Of a DNA stretch of 64,000 nt, positions 56,904 to 64,000 are shown in pieces (within the stretch, counting starts at the first letter, position 1; each line of letters starts with the position of its first letter). Origin of the DNA: a virus; IMG/VR virus record IMGVR_UViG_3300047560_001581, positions 2,453 through 66,452 of that record; one strand, 5' to 3'. The notes under the pieces are model-generated. The model saw only the letters and a program-made list of their open reading frames with translations. It was not told where the DNA came from and made no database searches. The translations under genes and the position numbers were made by a program.

Positions 56904-59900
56904 TTAATTGAAGATGAAGTCTAAGCTGTTAGCAGTTGCGTTAAATTGAATATATGCTGCGCTAGCAGTTCCGCCGTTGTTATTAGCAAAACCCACAGAG
57001 TGACCTGTGTAGATATTACCAGTAGCACCAATACCACCTGTTACTGTCAATGTACCAGTGATACTAGATGTTGAATCAGTATTTCCTAGTGCTGACAATG
57101 TACCATTAGCAGTAATGTTGTTAGCGTTGATATCACCAGTTACATCAACGTAACCAGTTACGTTAGCACCTAAACCAGATACTGTCAATACAGTGTTGCC
57201 ACCGCTCACAATTAGAACGTTACCATCTGCTGTAGGGATGCTTACATTACTCGTACCCTTTGATACAGAGCTTGAATCAACTGTTGCCCATGATAGAGAA
57301 CCAGAACCATCAGTCTTTAAGAACTGACCATCAGTACCACCTGCAACAGCGATGTTACCTACATCACCTAGGTCTACTGCGCCTTCGACTGTTAATTCAG
57401 TCAATGTACCTGTACTTGTGATGTTAGGTTGTGCACCTGTATACACTGTACCAGCAACTAATGCATTACCAACTTGACCAGTTACGTTACCGCCTGCTAA
57501 GTTTGTTAACGCTGAACCGTTACCAGTGATATATGTACCATTGATATAGTTAGCACTGACGTTACCGCCTGTTACAGATAGAACGTTAGTAGGACCATCG
57601 TATGTTAAGTTACCATTATCAACTAATAGACCAGCTGAACCTGCGAATGTAACACGACCTGCAGTTAATGAACTTGCGGATACATTAGCTGCTGCTACTT
57701 TTTCAGTTGCAGTTACATTGTTTGCAGTTAATGTGTTTGTAGCTGAATCATATGTTAATTCAGTGTCTTGTGTCAACAAGCCATCTGCGCCTGCTAATAC
57801 AACACTACCTGCGGTCAATGCAGATACCTTAACATTACCAGAAGTCAATGTAGTTGTTACACTAGCATTACCTGTTGTCAATGTTGTACCAGAGTATGTT
57901 AAGCCAGTAGCATCTTGCAATGCACCACCTGTACCAGCAACTGTCAATGTACCAGAAGTCAATGAGCTTACTGTTACGTTAGATGCTGTAACTTTACCTG
58001 TTACTGCCAACACTTGTGTTGTATCATTGAATGTCAAGTTTGCACTTGCAGCAAAGTTATCACCTGTGTTGAATTGGATTTCATTGTCGCCACCAGCAGC
58101 TTGTTGGAAGTCAACAGCATCACCGTTAGCATAGTAGTAGTTATCAGTTAAGATACCACCAACTTCTACGTTACCACCAACTGTCAATACACCTGTGCTT
58201 ACATCGTAAGTTAAGTTAGAACCGTCATTTGACAAGTCACCGTATGTAGATACTAAGCCTGCAGTACCTGTACCAGTACCTGCGCCTGTAGCAGTGAATC
58301 GTGTACCTACGTTATTATCTGCTGCACCGATTGCAGTGAAGTCAGTTGTACCGTGTGTAACGATTTCATATTCTTTACCAGAAACGATAGTTGTTGCAGG
58401 TAAGCCTGATCCAACGTGTTCTGATACGTTTGTAGCGAATTGGATAGAACCATTTCCACCAGCAACTTTGATGTTACCAGAAATGTTACCGATAACGTCA
58501 CCAACTAGATTACCAGTGAAGTAACCGTTAGATGTAATGTTACCGTTAGCGATAATAACGCCACCGATGTTTAAGTTTTCACCTTGGATGTTACCAGTGA
58601 ATGTAGCATTACCTGCTTTCCAATCACCGTATTCGTTAACAGTAACTACATTGTCTGTCACAGAAACATTGCTACCGACTACGAATTGTGCATTAGCTTC
58701 GTCCCAACCGATGAATGAATCAACTGCACCACCATCATAGCGATGTAGTAATAGACCACGATCCATACCATCTGCTGTACCTAGTGCTGCACCGTTTGCG
58801 CCCCCGCCTAGTTCGAACAATGGGTCAGTCAATTGTGTAACTGTTGTGTTAACACTTGTTGTTGTACCAGTAACAGTCAAGTTACCGTTGATTGTTGTAT
58901 CACCCGCTGATAATGTGCCGCTGAATGTAGCGTTTGCACCATCAAAGTCACCAGTTGCAGTAACATGACCTTCTGTATTGAAAGATGCCGCAGTGATTTC
59001 ACCGTTAGCAATTACAACACCACCGATGTTTACGTTACCAGTGATGTTAGCATCACCGTCGATTAAGATATCAGCAACGTTTGATTGACCAGAAACTGTC
59101 AATGAAGTCAATGTACCAACTGAAGTTACGTTTGGTTGCGCTGCTGTTGTCAACGTGCCTTTTAGTAAATCAGCACTCAATTCTTTTGTTGTTGTATTGA
59201 ATGTTAGATTTGCGCTGTCTGTTAGCAAACCACCTGTACCAGCAAATGTGATATGTGTGTTTGTTAAGTTATTAGCAGTTACGTTTGCACCAACGATTGT
59301 ACCAGATGCATTTAAGTTACCAACGTTTGCATTGTTAGTAATGATAATGTTGTTAGCACCCAAATCAGATGAAACAGAAACAGTGTTTGTGTTTGATGTG
59401 ATTGTTTGTGTACCCAAGTTAATTGTTGTACCAGATAACCACAAATCTTTCCATGCATATGAAGAACTACCTAAGTTACCACCGTAGTTTGTATCCGGTA
59501 ACAAATCACCTGTAATTCTACCAGCAATGACCAAATTACCGATGTTGGCAGTACCTGAAGTAACCAAGTTACCACCAGTAATGTTACCTGTAGCAGAAAC
59601 TACGCCTGTTGTATTTAAGTTTGCACCATCGATGTTACCGGTGATGTTAGCTGAACCAGGAGATACTAAGTTACCAACGTTAGCTGTACCAGTTACGTTT
59701 GCACCGCCACCTGTTACTAAACTACCACCAGTGATTGAGCCAGTTGCAACGATTAATCCGTCTGTACTAATATTAGCGGCAGATGCGTTACCAGTGAAAG
59801 TACCGATGTTACCATATACGCCACCTAATGTTACTAAGTTAGCACCAGATACGTTACCTGTAGCAGAAACTACACCACCTGTTGTTAAGTTACCACCAGA

Positions 59901-60824
59901 TACGTTACCTGTAGCAGAAACTACACCACTAGTAGTGATGTTACCACCGTCAACGTTACCAGTTGCTGTTACTGTGCCGCTTGTCTCTAAGTTACCAACG
60001 TTAGCAGTACCAGTTACGTTAGCAGTACCACCAGTAGATAAATTACCGCCAGTGATAGTACCGGTTACTGACAATGCATTTGTTGACTTGTCAAATGTTA
60101 AACCTGCAACGCCGTTTACGTTACCGCCATCATTGAACTGAACATATGTGTCAGAGCCTTTAGCTGCGATAGTACCAGTGAATGTACCAGTGATGTTACC
60201 AGTTACATTCAAGTCGCCGCCGATGTTGGCATCACCAACTGTGGTCAACGAATCAACGTTAGCTTCTGCATTAGAAACAATGTTAGCAAAGTTTGCAGTA
60301 CCAGAAACATCTAAACCAGTTAGTGTACCTAAGCTAGTAATGTTACCCTGTGCGTTACCAGTAACGTTACCTGCATATGCAGACATGTTAGCATTGTTAA
60401 CTGTACCTGTAACGTTAGCACCAGTAATGTTACCTAATGTGTCACCTTCACCTTTGAAGTGTAAACCATGAACGTTACCATATGTACCGATTGTTACTTT
60501 GTTGTTTGCTGAGTCAAACGTTGTTGTATCTGCAAATGCGAACTCAGCATTTGTATGATCCCAACCCATGAAGCCGTCTTTAGCAGCTCCATCATTATAT
60601 TTTAAGATAAGACCGCGTTCTTTGCCATCGTTAGTAGCATCAGCGCCACCAGCGCCGCCGCCCAATGTCATCACTGGATCTTCAATTTGTGTTACTGTTG
60701 AATCAACAGTAGTTGTTGTGCCCTGAATCGTAATGTTACCAGTAACAACTAAGTCTAACGTGGTTAGTGTAGAATCGACATTAGCGTTACCGTAAATTCT
60801 GGTGCCGTCTTTTAATTTTGCCAT
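56904..60824 (-). CDS. Long fibre segment (GTRIYG N-terminus, DFIFN C-terminus)
   Basis: 1306 aa of Asn/Gly/Thr-rich beta repeats with two DP..LGGG...DG..RGL domains. Confidence 0.75.
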   Translation of the reverse strand: MAKLKDGTRIYGNANVDSTLTTLDLVVTGNITIQGTTTTVDSTVTQIEDPVMTLGGGAGGADATNDGKERGLILKYNDGAAKDGFMGWDHTNAEFAFADTTTFDSANNKVTIGTYGNVHGLHFKGEGDTLGNITGANVTGTVNNANMSAYAGNVTGNAQGNITSLGTLTGLDVSGTANFANIVSNAEANVDSLTTVGDANIGGDLNVTGNITGTFTGTIAAKGSDTYVQFNDGGNVNGVAGLTFDKSTNALSVTGTITGGNLSTGGTANVTGTANVGNLETSGTVTATGNVDGGNITTSGVVSATGNVSGGNLTTGGVVSATGNVSGANLVTLGGVYGNIGTFTGNASAANISTDGLIVATGSITGGSLVTGGGANVTGTANVGNLVSPGSANITGNIDGANLNTTGVVSATGNITGGNLVTSGTANIGNLVIAGRITGDLLPDTNYGGNLGSSSYAWKDLWLSGTTINLGTQTITSNTNTVSVSSDLGANNIIITNNANVGNLNASGTIVGANVTANNLTNTHITFAGTGGLLTDSANLTFNTTTKELSADLLKGTLTTAAQPNVTSVGTLTSLTVSGQSNVADILIDGDANITGNVNIGGVVIANGEITAASFNTEGHVTATGDFDGANATFSGTLSAGDTTINGNLTVTGTTTSVNTTVTQLTDPLFELGGGANGAALGTADGMDRGLLLHRYDGGAVDSFIGWDEANAQFVVGSNVSVTDNVVTVNEYGDWKAGNATFTGNIQGENLNIGGVIIANGNITSNGYFTGNLVGDVIGNISGNIKVAGGNGSIQFATNVSEHVGSGLPATTIVSGKEYEIVTHGTTDFTAIGAADNNVGTRFTATGAGTGTGTAGLVSTYGDLSNDGSNLTYDVSTGVLTVGGNVEVGGILTDNYYYANGDAVDFQQAAGGDNEIQFNTGDNFAASANLTFNDTTQVLAVTGKVTASNVTVSSLTSGTLTVAGTGGALQDATGLTYSGTTLTTGNASVTTTLTSGNVKVSALTAGSVVLAGADGLLTQDTELTYDSATNTLTANNVTATEKVAAANVSASSLTAGRVTFAGSAGLLVDNGNLTYDGPTNVLSVTGGNVSANYINGTYITGNGSALTNLAGGNVTGQVGNALVAGTVYTGAQPNITSTGTLTELTVEGAVDLGDVGNIAVAGGTDGQFLKTDGSGSLSWATVDSSSVSKGTSNVSIPTADGNVLIVSGGNTVLTVSGLGANVTGYVDVTGDINANNITANGTLSALGNTDSTSSITGTLTVTGGIGATGNIYTGHSVGFANNNGGTASAAYIQFNATANSLDFIFN
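59843..59929 (-). repeat. 51-bp-period in-frame tandem repeat (GVVSATGNVSG)
   Basis: caccagatacgttacctgtagcagaaactacaccac is identical at 59843 and 59894; a partial third copy lies near 59583. Confidence 0.85.
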
Positions 60825-60863
60825 TTTATTTTCCTTTTATTCTTTATGGTTAATTTAGTGTCT

Positions 60864-61790
60864 TTACACTATACCTGTAACTTCATCAAATTCATTCTTA
60901 ACTAGCAACTCACCATGCTTATGCTGTTTCATTGCGCCGTTGTACGTAATTGATAATGGTGTCAATGCATCATATGTTGCACTACCCACGTTTGTAACTG
61001 ATTTGCTCGTTCCCGAACTGTCAGTTACCATTGTTCCTGAGCTTGCTACTTTCAATAGTAACTTTGTTTCAGAACCAGTAATCGCAGCGATGTTAACGCT
61101 ACTTGCTTGTGTAGCACTGAATGGAGCAATAGGAGTACTGAAATTATCAGTATACACTGCTACACCTTTTACTACACGGAAATTTGTTAGTTGTCCAGTG
61201 AAGTAGCCATCAGTAGATCCTGATGTGCCTGACTGACCTGTAACATCAGTGTTTACTTCACCGCCGATTGCTAATGCACGTGATGCAGTTGAGTTGAATG
61301 GTGTTGTATCAGTAATCACTGACTTACCATTCACATATACTGCTGCATGGGTTGAATCTTCTTTGACTAATGCTACATGGAACCATTGGTTTTGTGGAAC
61401 AATGTTAGAACCACTACCAACAGGTGCACCAGCACCATTCCAGTAATACAATACTGATCCTAGCATCTCAACGTTGTCACCGTCTGGGAAAGACCACAAA
61501 CGTTGATAACTCGTTGATGTGGTATAGAACCAACCTTCAACTGTAAATGCGTTGTTTCCGAATTGGAAATCTCCAGATCCAGTGACTGTAATCATCTGGC
61601 TGGAACCGTTTAATTTGATAGAGCCACCTGAGGGCTGTCCTGCAGGTAGTGTTATTTCGTCTAGTTCGTCCGCGAAAATTGTATCTACTGTAATCTTGTG
61701 TCCAGTGTGTACATCACCGTATTCGTCAAACGCACCGGCAGTAAGCAACGTTCCATCGTTTTGTAATCTAGCGCCGACTGTTCCTGTCAT
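60864..61790 (-). CDS. Connector-like protein with inserted LamG domain
   Basis: FTVEGWFY, WFHVALV and TNFRVVKG LamG core, flanked by sequence homologous to 56654..56887. Confidence 0.75.
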   Translation of the reverse strand: MTGTVGARLQNDGTLLTAGAFDEYGDVHTGHKITVDTIFADELDEITLPAGQPSGGSIKLNGSSQMITVTGSGDFQFGNNAFTVEGWFYTTSTSYQRLWSFPDGDNVEMLGSVLYYWNGAGAPVGSGSNIVPQNQWFHVALVKEDSTHAAVYVNGKSVITDTTPFNSTASRALAIGGEVNTDVTGQSGTSGSTDGYFTGQLTNFRVVKGVAVYTDNFSTPIAPFSATQASSVNIAAITGSETKLLLKVASSGTMVTDSSGTSKSVTNVGSATYDALTPLSITYNGAMKQHKHGELLVKNEFDEVTGIV

Positions 61791-61795
61791 ATTGT

Positions 61796-62320
61796 TTATC
61801 CGTTAAATTTAAAATCTATACTATCAGAAGTATTGTTGTAGTTGATAGCGCCCTTTGGATTAGTTCCGCCGCCCGCTAAATTGATGTTGCCACCTACAGT
61901 CAAGTCCTTCTGTATCCCTACTCCACCATTCGTTACAATAGTACCCGTAATGGTAGAAGTAGAGTCTGTACTACTATTTATGACTAATTGATTATTAATA
62001 GCTACAGAGTCTATATTTGCGTTGGTAAAGAAGACATTTCCAGCAGTTATACCATCACTATTAGCAGTGATAGTCTGACCGTTAATGTCTAAGTTACCTT
62101 TAAGATAGAAATCTTTGTATCTATTGCTTGCGTTTGCTAGAGATAAAACCCCGTTGCCATTAGGGATTAGATTGGATTTGACTAATGATACTGATAAGTT
62201 AGCTACGTTGGCAGTACCAGTGATGTTGATATTAGTAGCATCAATATTACCTGTGGCAGCATCCAGGCTAATGTTACCTGTCGTTATGCCACCTTTTGCG
62301 TTAAACGGTTTTACTGCCAT
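61796..62320 (-). CDS. Short fibre segment (KPFN N-terminus, DFKFN C-terminus)
   Basis: MAVKPFNAKGG, STSTITGTIVTNGGVG and INYNNTSDSIDFKFNG. Confidence 0.65.
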   Translation of the reverse strand: MAVKPFNAKGGITTGNISLDAATGNIDATNINITGTANVANLSVSLVKSNLIPNGNGVLSLANASNRYKDFYLKGNLDINGQTITANSDGITAGNVFFTNANIDSVAINNQLVINSSTDSTSTITGTIVTNGGVGIQKDLTVGGNINLAGGGTNPKGAINYNNTSDSIDFKFNG

Positions 62321-62331
62321 CTACTTCCCCA

Positions 62332-63171
62332 TTAATCTGTAATGTAAGTAGTGACTAGGTTTATCATTGTGTTGGCTGCGATCCCAGATGCATAAAGGTT
62401 TACGTTTCCGCCGGATACATCACAATCAATGACAATAATATCTTCGTCAATGGTACTGATTGCACCGTAGATTGTAATGTAACTATCAGTGCCATCGTGT
62501 ATTAGTAATGCTTCCAATGATTCATAACCCAAATCATTACTTGCTCTTATAGTATATTTAGCTGACCTATAAGTAGCAACCTGAAAGGTGTCGATTATGG
62601 TATTAACGGTGACTGGGACGCTAGCATCTTTACTAACAATCTTACTTGTTGATAACAAGCTAGTATCGATGTTCGTAACTGCAACCCCACCGTTAACAGC
62701 GCTACCTGAAATATTGCTGATTTGACTTCCGTCACCGAATAAGAAATCTGCTGTGATGTTCCCTACACGAACTTTACCCAAATCGTTGTAAGTTACTACG
62801 TCATCGCTAATACCAACATCGGCTGCAAGCACAAACTCTGCATTAGAGTTGTCCCAACCAATGAAAGCACCTAGCTCTGTAGCTTGAGTAGTATCATAGT
62901 AGTGAAGTAGTGTGCCTCTGTCTTTACCGTCATTTAGTGTTAGACTAGCACCGCTAGCTCCGCCACCTTGTTCAACGATTGGATCAGTTACATATACGAC
63001 TTGAGTTTCAACGTAAGAAAGGTTACCCGTAACGGTTAGGTTACCGGCAATAGTTGTATTGCCACTAACCGTTAGGTTTGCTGCGGCAACGTTCCCGATA
63101 TCGTCAACGACTACTATGCCGCTTTCGCCTATCGTGAACCCTGCCACGGAGTTGAACTTCTTAATTGCCAT
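62332..63171 (-). CDS. Fibre/structural segment
   Basis: MAIKKFNSVAG, DPIVEQGGG...DGKDRG domain and C-terminal DTF...YRSAKY...IHDG...YG domain. Confidence 0.65.
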   Translation of the reverse strand: MAIKKFNSVAGFTIGESGIVVVDDIGNVAAANLTVSGNTTIAGNLTVTGNLSYVETQVVYVTDPIVEQGGGASGASLTLNDGKDRGTLLHYYDTTQATELGAFIGWDNSNAEFVLAADVGISDDVVTYNDLGKVRVGNITADFLFGDGSQISNISGSAVNGGVAVTNIDTSLLSTSKIVSKDASVPVTVNTIIDTFQVATYRSAKYTIRASNDLGYESLEALLIHDGTDSYITIYGAISTIDEDIIVIDCDVSGGNVNLYASGIAANTMINLVTTYITD

Positions 63172-63202
63172 TAAATATCTCTTTAGTATTTACTAGCAGT
63201 AT

Positions 63203-64000
63203 TTAGATGGTTCTGATTTGTGCTGTCCAAACTGTGTCAACTGTTCCAACTGCTGTAGGAGTTACCTGCAGTTGAAGTTTTCCGCCACCATAGTTAACGT
63301 TGAATGTTCCGGCGCCGCCGCCCATATTCAACTTACCATATACTGCGAAATCAACGCCCGATCCATCATACATAGCTGTAATAGTAGCAACTGTTACTTT
63401 CTTAACACCTGCAACTGTTGCAATTCCTTTTACAAAGAACTCAGCAGCATTACCTTCAGAAGCAGTTACTTCTGCAATTACTTGGTTTACTGTGTCATCT
63501 GGTGTAGTGAATGTAACGTCTTGAATAGTAGTGTCACCCAATGTGATGCTATCAGGGGTCAATTCACCTACAGTCAATGTACCTGCTGACAATTCACCTG
63601 TTACATCAAAATCACCAGTTACGTTTGCACCAGTTTCTGAAACAACTAGTGTTGGTGTTGCGTTACCGTTAACAGTAAAAGTAATGTTACCATTATCATC
63701 GCCACCGTCGACATAGATTTCGCTTCCGCTTAATGCATTACCAATTCTATCTGTATGGATAACTTCAAATGTTAGGTTCTCGCTACCATCTGTACGCAAT
63801 ACTACAACTTCGTTGTCCCCAGGGGCTGCGCCATCTGCTGTTGGATAGTTCAATCCGCTAGCTACCAAAGTAGTAACTTGTGCAAGATTGATATCTGCTA
63901 GATTAGAAACTGCAATATCATACACTCCAGCTAAATTAGCAATGTTTGGTTGATCTGCTGTTTCAACTGTACCGTATAAATGGTCAGTATATAATGTAGC
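63203..64000 (-). CDS. Fibre/structural protein, C-terminal part (start outside window)
   Basis: Frame is open to base 64000 (ATLYTDHLYGTVETADQPNIANL...); C-terminal domain resembles that of 62332..63171. Confidence 0.65.
   Translation of the reverse strand, partial: ATLYTDHLYGTVETADQPNIANLAGVYDIAVSNLADINLAQVTTLVASGLNYPTADGAAPGDNEVVVLRTDGSENLTFEVIHTDRIGNALSGSEIYVDGGDDNGNITFTVNGNATPTLVVSETGANVTGDFDVTGELSAGTLTVGELTPDSITLGDTTIQDVTFTTPDDTVNQVIAEVTASEGNAAEFFVKGIATVAGVKKVTVATITAMYDGSGVDFAVYGKLNMGGGAGTFNVNYGGGKLQLQVTPTAVGTVDTVWTAQIRTI

Noticed and set aside
20085-61790. Diversity-generating retroelement acting on the tip genes
   Set aside because: No reverse transcriptase in the window and no non-coding template repeat. 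The repeats are in-frame shaft modules without adenine-specific mismatches. An RT elsewhere in the genome cannot be excluded.
20419-63716. Many plus-strand ORFs (60-200 aa) antisense to fibre genes
   Set aside because: Shadow frames of repetitive Gly/Asn/Thr/Val codons (Pro/Leu/Val-rich translations); no RBS or motifs, and they lie inside longer minus-strand genes.
1-64000. Stop-codon reassignment, tRNA genes or large ncRNA
   Set aside because: Genes are intact and tile the window under the standard code. Intergenic gaps are under about 50 bp, leaving no room for such RNAs.

Overview
Gene-dense, AT-rich segment of a large T4-like (myovirus-type) bacteriophage genome. The evidence is class Ia nrdA/nrdB plus glutaredoxin, a PAAR spike, a SleB-like hydrolase, recurrent late-promoter-like TAAATA motifs and about 44 kb of fibre genes. 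Four zones are visible. (1) 1-7.8 kb: a tailoring-enzyme cluster (radical SAM C-terminus, 2 SGNH-like, mini-kinase, 3 AspH-like 2OG-Fe(II) oxygenases, CX5R phosphatase, GNAT-like, miniature adenylation enzyme, FkbM methyltransferase). (2) 7.9-16.5 kb: core-like genes. (3) 16.5-20.1 kb: a coupled operon of sulfotransferase, oxygenase-like protein, methyltransferase, TPR-glycosyltransferase and YkgJ-type Cys-cluster protein behind a perfect TATAAATA. (4) 20.1-64 kb: about 29 minus-strand fibre, adaptor and adhesin genes built from shuffled modules. The most notable signal is an apparent plug-and-socket code in zone 4. The C-terminal motif of one fibre gene predicts the N-terminal family of the next, which suggests a colinear, branched fibre apparatus with many different tips (Gly-rich, RCC1, LamG, beta-propeller, subtilase), possibly decorated by the phage's own enzymes. 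All family assignments come from motif recognition by eye; no searches were run. I saw no tRNA, CRISPR array or mobile element.
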